Source of the DNA: Clostridia bacterium | Lineage (GTDB): Bacteria; Bacillota; Clostridia; Oscillospirales; Acutalibacteraceae | Assembly (NCBI GenBank): GCA_017543285.1 | Contig: JAFYGK010000008.1 | Coordinates: forward strand, 10,558-42,557 | DNA length: 32,000 nt | Reading direction: 5' to 3' | In this document: one piece after another, positions 7,250 to 14,662 of the stretch | Layout: every line of letters starts with the position of its first letter | Numbering within the stretch: the first letter of the stretch is position 1 | Position numbers and translations under genes: made by a program | Notes under the pieces: model-generated | What the model was told of the DNA's origin: nothing | The model's input: only the letters and a program-made list of their open reading frames with translations | Database searches by the model: none

Positions 7250-7971
7250 GCTAATTCGCTCCTTCCGCTGTATTGCATTGCCTTTTGTCTGCAAAGAACA
7301 TATTTTGAAATTGCCATATGGTACTGGGTTGCCGGCTGGACGATCTGTCTTATATGAGCCGGCAGGTAATCGTCGAATTTAACCTCCAGAACGAGCAGCC
7401 TCGGGGGATAGGCGTCCACCGTGATAAGCTGCGGATCAAAAATATCGATTCCGTTCACTCCGGCTCTCAGGCGGCTGTCAAAGGTGATCCTGACATTGCC
7501 TTCGTTGGCGATAAAGGCCTCTCTCATATAATCGACCACGACGCAAGGCTTAAGCAGCCGCGTTTTGTTGGCGATATATACGTCGCGGAGAAGGGGAGAG
7601 TCGCTCGAAAGCATGAAGCTGTAGTCGCCGTCCATTATGCTTTCGTACTGCGGCCTGCTTATTATCGCGGTGCTCTTGGAGATGTATTCGGCGAATTTCT
7701 CTTTCTTTTCTATCCGTATTATGCTGTCCGACTTGTTATAGATCCGTATCCGGTATTTAGAGCGGTGAAAGACTCCGCCTTCCTTTTGCTCCATTGCCGA
7801 ATTGTAGACGTCGTCAAAATACAGCGAGCGGATATGGTAGCTGCTGGTGCCCTCATAATTGTTCCGATCACGGTGCATGCAGTGCTTGAGCCGCTCGCGC
7901 AGAATAACATATTCCGGCCAGTTGATGTAGTACTTCTGCTCGTGTCTGAGGGTCTTTCCTTGATATTTCAT
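7246..7971 (-). CDS. VTC-domain (polyphosphate polymerase domain / triphosphate-tunnel) protein
   Basis: N-terminal RHEQKYYI, plus YHIRSLYFD and KYRIRIY strands typical of bacterial VTC/CYTH-like proteins. ATG 7971 preferred over the upstream TTG at 8016. Confidence 0.75.
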   Translation of the reverse strand: MKYQGKTLRHEQKYYINWPEYVILRERLKHCMHRDRNNYEGTSSYHIRSLYFDDVYNSAMEQKEGGVFHRSKYRIRIYNKSDSIIRIEKKEKFAEYISKSTAIISRPQYESIMDGDYSFMLSSDSPLLRDVYIANKTRLLKPCVVVDYMREAFIANEGNVRITFDSRLRAGVNGIDIFDPQLITVDAYPPRLLVLEVKFDDYLPAHIRQIVQPATQYHMAISKYVLCRQKAMQYSGRSELA

Positions 7972-8174
7972 GAAATCAACCTTTATGATTCGCTGTTTGG
8001 TAATAAAAGACAACAAACAGCAAAGAAAATAATGATATTTTTAGTAAATTAATACAAAAAACGCTTCAGAACATACAAAATCCAAGGGGAAGAAAGAAAT
8101 CAACCCCTCAGATGGACGGCTCGGTATGTTTTTGCATTAATCAGCTTAAAATAACATATTATTGCATTTTCTAT

Positions 8175-8203
8175 ATTATATCAGCAATTATTTTAGGAGT
8201 CAA
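8175..8203 (-). promoter_or_regulatory. Near-consensus sigma-A promoter for the VTC/DUF4956 operon: -35 TTGACT (8203-8198), 17-nt spacer, -10 TATAAT (8180-8175)
   Basis: Hexamers and spacing read on the minus strand. Implies a 5' leader of about 195 nt to ATG 7971. Confidence 0.6.
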
Positions 8204-8284
8204 TAAAAATATTTTGATCGCGGAATAAAAATCCGAGGTGTGTTCATACCGAAAACCCGGCGATTTATTTATGACCGCGGTGCA

Positions 8285-9196
8285 TCAATCCTCAAATCTC
8301 AGAGTTATCTGCAAATTGTTCTCTCCGGGAGTGGTATCGGGGAAAATATCCCTTGCAGCACCGATACTTTCGACAGGGTCGGCAAGCGACGGGCTGTAGT
8401 GGGTAAGCCACAAACGCTTCACCCCTCCTGCCCTTGCAATGGACGCGGCCTCGGAGAAAAGCATGTGCTTTTTGTCGCGCGCCATTTGCTTTTTATCCTC
8501 TTCACTGTACATACCCTCGCATATGAAAAGGTCGCTGCCGCGCACAAAATCGGGCATGCGCCGCGTCGGACGGGTGTCTGTGCAATAGCTGATCTTGAGC
8601 CCCCTGCGGTTTTCGCCCATTATTTCGCCGGGATAAACGACCCTTCCGCCGACCTCGACGGCAAGACCCTGCTGAAGCGTTTTCCACATCGGTACCGGAA
8701 CGCCAAGCTCCCTTGCCCTGTCGGGGTTGAATTTGCCCGCGCGGCGCAGTTTGAGAGAATAGCCGAGGCATGCGATGCGGTGATCAAGCCCGAGCGTTTT
8801 TACCTCAAGCTCGCCGATCTTAAAGCTGTTGTCCTTTTTGTCGTCCAGCTCATGGATCATTACCTCAAAGGGCAGCTCGCCGCAGATAGAGCAGATACTA
8901 CGAATTATATTAATGCATCCGAGCGGGCCGTAAATATGAAGCGGCTCGGTACGGTCGCTGTTGCCGATGGTCAGCAGCAGACCCGGTATTCCGGCGGTGT
9001 GATCGGCATGAAAATGCGTAAGCAGTATGGTATCGATATTTTTGAAGCCGAAGCCGCTTTTACGGATGGCGAGCTGGGTCGCTTCGCCGCAGTCGATGAG
9101 GGTGCAGCGTCCGTTGCAGCGCACGAGGAGCGAAGTCAGAAAGCGGTCGGGCAGGGGCATCATACCTCCGCAGCCGAGAAGACATATATCGAGCAT
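8285..9196 (-). CDS. rnz: Ribonuclease Z (MBL-fold tRNA 3' endonuclease)
   Basis: MLDICLLGCGG...LTHFHADHTAGIPGLLL (HxHxDH motif), about 303 aa, typical short-form RNase Z. ATG 9196 chosen over the longer ORF start at 9256. Confidence 0.85.
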   Translation of the reverse strand: MLDICLLGCGGMMPLPDRFLTSLLVRCNGRCTLIDCGEATQLAIRKSGFGFKNIDTILLTHFHADHTAGIPGLLLTIGNSDRTEPLHIYGPLGCINIIRSICSICGELPFEVMIHELDDKKDNSFKIGELEVKTLGLDHRIACLGYSLKLRRAGKFNPDRARELGVPVPMWKTLQQGLAVEVGGRVVYPGEIMGENRRGLKISYCTDTRPTRRMPDFVRGSDLFICEGMYSEEDKKQMARDKKHMLFSEAASIARAGGVKRLWLTHYSPSLADPVESIGAARDIFPDTTPGENNLQITLRFED

Positions 9197-9322
9197 GGGA
9201 TTATTCCTTTGCAGTTTTGTGATGGGTTTATTATAGCAAAAGAAGAATGGTTGCACAAGTACACAATTGCCGTGTATGCGCGCGTGTTAACAAAATATTT
9301 TATATTTTTTTCTGTTATTCCC

Positions 9323-9351
9323 TTTACAAATCCAGCTTAATGAGATATAAT
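9323..9351 (+). promoter_or_regulatory. sigma-A promoter for the fur-family/rubrerythrin operon: -35 TTTACA, 17-nt spacer, -10 TATAAT
   Basis: Hexamers at 9323-9328 and 9346-9351. A strong AGGAGGAGGAGGAG RBS lies downstream. Confidence 0.6.
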
Positions 9352-9386
9352 ATCAATAAGAAAAGCAGGAGGAGGAGGAGCTGACT

Positions 9387-9806
9387 ATGCCGAACAAAAC
9401 CAATAAGGCATATGGGCCCTCCAAAAAAGAGCGCAACACCCGCCAAAAGGAAACCGTCCGAGCCGCCTTTTGCGGAATGAGGAATCATCCGACCGCACAA
9501 ATGGTTTATGAAGAGGCGGTTAAGCTCGACCGGTCAATTGGACGCGCCACCGTATACCGCATATTAAACTCGTTTGTCGAAAGCGGAGCCGCCGTCAGGG
9601 TACCGGTTTCCGACGGAGCCGACCGTTTTGATATAACCCTCACGCCGCATGCTCACGCCAGATGCAGGGTCTGCGGCGCGGTTTTCGACGTTGAGCTTTG
9701 CGGCGAAATGCCGAAGGCAAAGGAAACCGGCAGATTTGAAATCGAGTCCTGCGCTGTGCTTTTCAGCGGACTTTGCAGAGAATGCAAAAAGGTCAAAAAT
9801 GCGTAA
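9387..9806 (+). CDS. Fur family transcriptional repressor, PerR-like by context
   Basis: Winged-helix region ([14 protein letters not shown]) and two CxxC pairs (CRVCG, CRECK). Immediately upstream of rubrerythrin. Confidence 0.85.
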   Translation: MPNKTNKAYGPSKKERNTRQKETVRAAFCGMRNHPTAQMVYEEAVKLDRSIGRATVYRILNSFVESGAAVRVPVSDGADRFDITLTPHAHARCRVCGAVFDVELCGEMPKAKETGRFEIESCAVLFSGLCRECKKVKNA

Positions 9807-9841
9807 AACGCAAAAAATATAATAATATGGAGGAAATCACC

Positions 9842-10381
9842 ATGAAGTATGTATGTCCCGTTTGCGGTTATGTCCATGAGGGAGACGCACCCCCCGAAAA
9901 ATGTCCCATCTGCGGAGTTCCCGGCGCGAAGTTCACCGTCCAGCAGGGCGAAATGACATGGGCAGCCGAGCATGTTGTCGGAGTTGCTGCCGACGCTCCC
10001 GAGGATATCAAGAAGGATCTCAGAGATAATTTCACAGGCGAATGTTCCGAAGTCGGCATGTATCTCGCCATGGCGAGAGTAGCATACCGCGAGGGCTATC
10101 CCGAGATCGGACTTTACTGGGAAAAGGCTGCCTTTGAAGAGGCTGATCATGCGGCAAGATTTGCTGAGCTTCTGGGCGAGGTCGTGACCGACTCCACCAA
10201 GAAGAATCTCCAGATGCGTGTTGACGCCGAGAACGGCGCGACAGCAGGCAAGACCGACCTCGCAAAGAGAGCAAAGGCCCTCAACCTCGACGCCATCCAC
10301 GACACCGTCCATGAGATGGCCCGCGACGAAGCGAGACATGGGAAGGCTCTTAAAGGTCTCCTTGACAGATATTTCGGCTAA
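9842..10381 (+). CDS. Reverse rubrerythrin: N-terminal rubredoxin-like domain plus C-terminal diiron ferritin-like domain
   Basis: [10 protein letters not shown]...CPICG at the N-terminus. ExxH diiron motifs ([18 protein letters not shown]). ATG 9842 follows GGAGG. Confidence 0.9.
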   Translation: MKYVCPVCGYVHEGDAPPEKCPICGVPGAKFTVQQGEMTWAAEHVVGVAADAPEDIKKDLRDNFTGECSEVGMYLAMARVAYREGYPEIGLYWEKAAFEEADHAARFAELLGEVVTDSTKKNLQMRVDAENGATAGKTDLAKRAKALNLDAIHDTVHEMARDEARHGKALKGLLDRYFG

Positions 10382-10390
10382 TAGAATTTG
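10335..10390 (+). repeat. Direct repeat copy A (56 nt): genuine 3' end of rubrerythrin, its stop and the following spacer
   Basis: 53/56 identical to 10834-10889. Confidence 0.9.
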
Positions 10391-10399
10391 AAGTTTTTC

Positions 10400-10445
10400 A
10401 AAGGATATGCTATCATTTAAGGCAGCATATCCTTTTACTTTTCGG
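10400..10445 (+). terminator. Rubrerythrin terminator: stem AAAGGATATGC/GCATATCCTTT then TTTTACTTTT
   Basis: 11-bp perfect stem at 10400-10410 and 10425-10435, followed by a T-rich tail. Confidence 0.7.
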
Positions 10446-10463
10446 AAAAGGCGGCAAAAGAGC

Positions 10464-10835
10464 ATGAGCAAAAAGCCAAAAAAGAAGAAAAAGAGAAAAA
10501 TAGGAATGACTCCTCCAAGGGGAGCGATGTCTTATTTTGATCCGGCGTCCGATGAAGAATTCAGAAAAAAGTATCCTCTCGGATATACCCTCCTTGTCTT
10601 CCTCGGCATAGCTGCTTTGCTGATACCTGTGATTATTTTTATAATCGTTGCCCATACAATAAATCCAGAACCGGATGGCTGGATAATGGTTGGCTGGATA
10701 GGCGCCTTCATTATCGGCATTGGCTTTTTCAATTTTGTAGCAATAATCATTAATCAGTATCTCGGGCACCTCGTTTCAATCGGAGCGTTCTTGATAGGGG
10801 GAATTTTGGTCGCCACAAGCCTGAACCATCTCTGA
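10464..10835 (+). CDS. Small hypothetical membrane protein with a Lys-rich N-terminus and about 3 TM segments
   Basis: MSKKPKKKKKRK... followed by three hydrophobic stretches. Visibly more AT-rich than its flanks. The start is uncertain (ATG 10464, 10506 or 10527). The ORF track start at 10407 lies inside the terminator hairpin. Confidence 0.5.
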   Translation: MSKKPKKKKKRKIGMTPPRGAMSYFDPASDEEFRKKYPLGYTLLVFLGIAALLIPVIIFIIVAHTINPEPDGWIMVGWIGAFIIGIGFFNFVAIIINQYLGHLVSIGAFLIGGILVATSLNHL

Positions 10836-10889
10836 CACGGCAAGGCTCTTAAAGATCTCCTTGACAGATATTTCGGCTAATAGAATTTG
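10834..10889 (+). repeat. Direct repeat copy B (56 nt) of the rubrerythrin 3' end
   Basis: 53/56 identical to 10335-10390. Begins at the stop codon of the small ORF. Confidence 0.9.
10836..10880 (+). pseudogene. Relic of a rubrerythrin C-terminus (HGKALKDLLDRYFG*), in frame with and directly after the TGA of the small ORF
   Basis: Compare the genuine [14 protein letters not shown]. Two of the three nucleotide differences in the 56-nt repeat are synonymous. The TGA at 10833-10835 corresponds to AGA (Arg) in the intact copy. Confidence 0.6.
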
Positions 10890-10904
10890 GTTTTACTAAA
10901 CAAC

Positions 10905-10946
10905 AAAGGATATGCGGCGCTTTCTGCGGCATATCCTTTTGCTTTT
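10905..10946 (+). terminator. Second copy of the terminator: same 11-bp stem AAAGGATATGC/GCATATCCTTT, different loop, then TTTTGCTTTT
   Basis: Stem at 10905-10915 and 10929-10939. Confidence 0.7.
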
Positions 10947-10955
10947 GGTACGGCT

Positions 10956-10984
10956 CAAAAAAACAAAGCCGGAAAAGTTCCGGC
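10956..10984 (-). terminator. Terminator of the metG-tatD-radical SAM operon: stem GCCGGAA/TTCCGGC then TTTGTTTTTTT on the minus strand
   Basis: 7-bp stem at 10968-10974 and 10978-10984. The plus-strand A-run at 10956-10967 is the minus-strand T-run. Confidence 0.7.
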
Positions 10985-10992
10985 CATGCGTA

Positions 10993-11592
10993 TCATTCAA
11001 TATATTCCCTCACCCTGTATTCCACGCCGATTTCCCGGGCAATAGCGCGGCATTTCTCGATTTCCTCAGCGCCGATGGTATCAACGACCGAGAGTATTAC
11101 GCGCGGAATAAATTTTTTGGAGGCCGAGGCAAATTCGAGCATAGCGCCGAATGCCTTCCGGCCGTAGACTGAATGGCAGACCTCGTCGTATTTTTCAGAA
11201 TCCGAGGCGTTGAGGCTGATGGAGACTATATCGACAAGGCCCCTCAGCCTTTCGGCGGAGTTTTTGCCGTTTATCAGATCGGAGAGGCCGTTGGTATTTA
11301 TGCGTATGGGCTTATCGGTGCGGCTTCTGATATATTTCGACACCTCGACGACCTCATCCAGACGCTCGAGAGGCTCGCCGTAGCCGCAGAATACAATGCT
11401 GTCAAAGGAATCGAGGTCGCGTTTTTCGAGGTCGTTGATTATCTCACCATGCGACGGTTCCCGTTCCAGCCAGAGACTTTCCGCGTCGCCCAGATGATCG
11501 GTGTTGTTGCGCACACAAAAATCGCAGTTGTTGGGACACTTGTTGGTAAGATTGAGATAGAGCGAGTTTCCTAAAACATATGAGATGGTCAA
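10993..11592 (-). CDS. Small radical SAM protein, TatD-associated type
   Basis: CPNNCDFC (CxxxCxxC) near the N-terminus, 199 aa, no SPASM-like extension, adjacent to tatD. TTG start preceded by AAGGA. Confidence 0.8.
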   Translation of the reverse strand: MTISYVLGNSLYLNLTNKCPNNCDFCVRNNTDHLGDAESLWLEREPSHGEIINDLEKRDLDSFDSIVFCGYGEPLERLDEVVEVSKYIRSRTDKPIRINTNGLSDLINGKNSAERLRGLVDIVSISLNASDSEKYDEVCHSVYGRKAFGAMLEFASASKKFIPRVILSVVDTIGAEEIEKCRAIAREIGVEYRVREYIE

Positions 11593-11629
11593 TGAATCAC
11601 GTCCTTTGTAATGTTAATGCCGCCGCGGA

Positions 11630-11801
11630 CGGCAAATCATAACCTGAAGGGTCAAATCATGCTGCCAAAAGACAGCGATTTATGCCGCATAAGCGGCAAA
11701 TCATAAGCATTAAGGTTTTTGCGGTTTGGCAGCTAACGCTGTCATGAATTGGCTGCGCTTTAATGATTTGACGGCGCTGCCGTCGCGAGGCGCTGCCGTC
11801 G
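11630..11801 (-). repeat. Repeat-dense, foldable intergenic spacer with four copies of G[G/T]CAAATCAT, including a 10-bp perfect inverted pair, nested 9-bp helix arms and a tandem 13-mer
   Basis: CGGCAAATCATAA at 11630-11642 and 11694-11706. GTCAAATCAT at 11651-11660 pairs with ATGATTTGAC at 11763-11772. GCTGCCAAA at 11661-11669 pairs with TTTGGCAGC at 11725-11733. GGCGCTGCCGTCG at 11773-11785 and 11789-11801. Confidence 0.8.
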
Positions 11802-11810
11802 GCGACGGAT

Positions 11811-12665
11811 TTAATCCGGTTTCACTTTAACCGCAAACAGCCTCTCGAAATTTTCCGTCGTCGTCCTATATATTTCTTCGATGGGGACGCTTTTTATCTC
11901 GCTTATCTTTTTTGCGGTCTCGGCTATCATCAGCGAATCGCACCGTTTGCCGCGGTAGGGAACGGGCGACATATACGGCGCGTCCGTTTCGAGCAGCAGA
12001 CGGTCGAGCGGGAGCTCCCGCGCTACCTCGACGGGGATTTTCGCGTTTTTGAAGGTGACAGCGCCGCCGAGCCCGACATACATACCCAGCGCAGCAGTTT
12101 CACGCATGGTTTCAACACTGCCGGAAAAGCAGTGCACGACCCCCTTGGGACGGTATTTGCGCAGCAGATTCATTGTGTCGCCGTGAGCCTCGCGGTCGTG
12201 GATTATTACCGGCATATCCAGCTCCTTTGACAGCCGAAGCTGTTTTTCAAAAACCTCGATCTGCTTTGCGCGCGGCGAAAAATCGTAGTGGTAATCGAGC
12301 CCGATTTCGCCTATGGCTATCACTTTTGGATGGGACATCAGCGATGCTATTTCTTCGAGCCATCCGACGCCGCATTTTGCCGCCTCATGCGGATGAACGC
12401 CGGCGGCGGCATAGCAAAACCCAAACCGTTTGGCAAGGGCGATGCATTTATAGGAGCTGATATAATCCTCGCCGCAGTTGAGGATGGCTTTTACTCCTGC
12501 GCCGTTTATTCTTTGCAGCAGATCATAGCGGTCGGAATCAAACGCCTCGTCATAATAATGGGCGTGCGAATCGACAAAATCAAAACTGCCGTTTATCTCG
12601 TTTTTGTTTATCTGCATGGAGCGTCCGCCGGTTGATACGGCGGACGCATTGATGTTATTGTCCAT
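11811..12665 (-). CDS. TatD family metal-dependent hydrolase (DNase)
   Basis: DSHAHY, HCFSG and ETDAPYM motifs. ATG 12665 overlaps the metG stop by 1 nt (TAATG). An alternative start is ATG 12617. Confidence 0.9.
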   Translation of the reverse strand: MDNNINASAVSTGGRSMQINKNEINGSFDFVDSHAHYYDEAFDSDRYDLLQRINGAGVKAILNCGEDYISSYKCIALAKRFGFCYAAAGVHPHEAAKCGVGWLEEIASLMSHPKVIAIGEIGLDYHYDFSPRAKQIEVFEKQLRLSKELDMPVIIHDREAHGDTMNLLRKYRPKGVVHCFSGSVETMRETAALGMYVGLGGAVTFKNAKIPVEVARELPLDRLLLETDAPYMSPVPYRGKRCDSLMIAETAKKISEIKSVPIEEIYRTTTENFERLFAVKVKPD

Positions 12666-14602
12666 TATCTTAATTTTGCTCCTGCCGGCACGCTGTCATC
12701 CAGGAAAACCACCCTTGCGCTGCCGTCGGGCATATCGTTTGCCATAATCATGCCCCGGCTTTCAACGCCGCACAGCTTGACCGGCTTGAGGTTTGCCACA
12801 ACGACAACCGTCTTGCCGATGAGATCCTCCGGCTTGTACCAGAGAGCTATGCCGGAAACGACCTGTCTTGTTTCGCCGGAGCCGTCGTCAAGCTCAAGAC
12901 GAAGCAGCTTCTTTGCCTTTTTGACCGGTTCGCACACCTTGACCTTGGCGGCTCTCAGCTCCACCCTTGCAAAGTCGTCTATGGTTATTTCGGGAAGGCT
13001 CTCATATGCGGGTTTTTCTTCCGTCTGTCCGGTCTTCGGCATATTGTTTTCCTGCAAATACCGGAGTTCCTTCTCTGTATCGATGCGCGGGAAAAGAGTT
13101 TCGCCCTTTTTGACCGTGAAGCTCGCGGGCTGAACGCCCCATTTGCCGGCGTTTTCCCATTTAAGCGCTTCCTCGTTGAAGGAGAGCTGATCGGCGATCT
13201 TCTGAGGCGTTGACGGAACAAACGGCGCTATGAGCGTCGCGGCTATTCTGATGGCTTCGACGAGATTGTACATAACGGCTGCAAGTCTTGCCTTGCGGCT
13301 CTCGTCCTTTGCGAGTATCCACGGGGTCGTCTCGTCGATATATTTGTTGGTGCGGGAGATCAGCTTCCATATTTCGGTCAGCGCGTTGGAAAACTGCATT
13401 CCGTCGAGATACCTTTCGGCGTTTTCCTTGGTTGCGAGCGCGAGCTCTTTAAGCTGATCGTCAAATTCGCCTTCCTCACGGTCTGCGATGAGGGTTCCGC
13501 CGAAGTATTTTATTATCATGGCGGCCGTTCTGGAAACAAGGTTGCCGAGATCGTTGGCGAGGTCGGAATTTATGCGGCTGATGAGCGATTCGTTTGTAAA
13601 GTTGCCGTCCGAACCGAACGGAATCTCACGCAGCAGGAAGTATCTTATTGCGTCAACGCCGTAGCGTTCGCAAAGAACGACCGGATCAACGACGTTGCCC
13701 TTGGATTTGCTCATTTTGCCGCCGCCGATGACCAGCCAGCCGTGACCGAACACCTTTTTGGGAAGCGGCTCGTCGATGGACATAAGCATTGCGGGCCAGA
13801 TTATAGTGTGGAATCGCACTATCTCCTTGCCGACAAGATGAATGTCGGCAGGCCAGTATTTTTTATAAAGGCTGTCGTCATCCGAGCCGTAGCCCATGGC
13901 GGTGATGTAGTTGGAGAGGGCGTCCACCCAGACATATACGACATGATCGGGGTCAAAGGTGACGGGAATGCCCCATTTGAAGGTGGTTCTGGAAACGCAG
14001 AGATCTTCCAGCCCGGGCTTTATGAAGTTATTTATCATTTCATTCAGACGCGACTGCGGCTCAATGAAATCGGGATGTTCCTCGTAATATTTCACCAGCT
14101 TATCGGCGTAGTTGGAAAGACGGAAAAAATAGGCCTCTTCTTCCGACAGAGTGACTTCTCTGCCGCAGTCGGGACATTTTCCATCGACAAGCTGTGTCTC
14201 AGTCCAGAAGGATTCGCAGGGCGTGCAGTACCAGCCCTTGTACTGACCCTTGTAGATGTCACCTTTGTCGTACATCTTTTTGAATATCTTCTGCACAGCC
14301 TTTTCGTGGTAATCATCGGTGGTGCGGATAAATTTATCGTTGGAAATGTTGAGAAGTTTCCAAAGGTCTTTTATGCCCGCGACGATGTTATCTACATATT
14401 CCTTGGGCGTAACGCCCGCGGCCTGCGCCTTCTGCTCGATTTTCTGGCCGTGTTCGTCGGTTCCGGTGAGGAACATGACGTCATAGCCCTGAAGTCTCTT
14501 GTAGCGCGCCATTGTGTCGGCGGCGACGGTGCAGTAGGCGTGACCTATGTGCAGTTTGTCCGAGGGATAGTATATCGGCGTCGTAATATAGAATTTTTCC
14601 AT
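12665..14602 (-). CDS. metG: Methionine--tRNA ligase with a C-terminal tRNA-binding domain
   Basis: HIGH-type motif (KLHIGHAY), KMSKS (GKMSKSKGN), a Zn knuckle (CTPCE...CPDCG) and a C-terminal Trbp111-like domain. ATG 14602 follows AGGAGG by 6 nt. The ORF track start at 14641 is probably too long. Confidence 0.96.
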   Translation of the reverse strand: MEKFYITTPIYYPSDKLHIGHAYCTVAADTMARYKRLQGYDVMFLTGTDEHGQKIEQKAQAAGVTPKEYVDNIVAGIKDLWKLLNISNDKFIRTTDDYHEKAVQKIFKKMYDKGDIYKGQYKGWYCTPCESFWTETQLVDGKCPDCGREVTLSEEEAYFFRLSNYADKLVKYYEEHPDFIEPQSRLNEMINNFIKPGLEDLCVSRTTFKWGIPVTFDPDHVVYVWVDALSNYITAMGYGSDDDSLYKKYWPADIHLVGKEIVRFHTIIWPAMLMSIDEPLPKKVFGHGWLVIGGGKMSKSKGNVVDPVVLCERYGVDAIRYFLLREIPFGSDGNFTNESLISRINSDLANDLGNLVSRTAAMIIKYFGGTLIADREEGEFDDQLKELALATKENAERYLDGMQFSNALTEIWKLISRTNKYIDETTPWILAKDESRKARLAAVMYNLVEAIRIAATLIAPFVPSTPQKIADQLSFNEEALKWENAGKWGVQPASFTVKKGETLFPRIDTEKELRYLQENNMPKTGQTEEKPAYESLPEITIDDFARVELRAAKVKVCEPVKKAKKLLRLELDDGSGETRQVVSGIALWYKPEDLIGKTVVVVANLKPVKLCGVESRGMIMANDMPDGSARVVFLDDSVPAGAKLR

Positions 14603-14662
14603 GTTTTCCTCCTGATATATGTTATGCCGTTTTAGTTTCAAAGGTATTTTATAATTATATCA

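Noticed and set aside
8240-9340. 366-aa plus-strand ORF opposite rnz. Similar long antisense ORFs occur at 4515-5432 (lysS), 13742-14635 (metG), 18550-19416 (recD2), 9653-10471 (rubrerythrin), 28204-29142 (carboxyltransferase), 24326-24967 (DUF2953), 644-1252 and 7318-8052.
   Set aside because: Each lies opposite a gene with clear family motifs and proper translation signals. Their products are Arg/Gly/Ala-rich or otherwise non-protein-like.
11657-11710. 17-aa Cys-rich minus-strand mini-ORF (MLMICRLCGINRCLLAA) upstream of the radical SAM gene, a tempting RiPP precursor. The repeated ATGATTTGCCG motif also opens a second MICR... mini-ORF.
   Set aside because: No SD precedes either ATG. The radical SAM protein is small with no SPASM or RiPP-recognition region. 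The ATGs are better explained as part of the repeated nucleotide motif.
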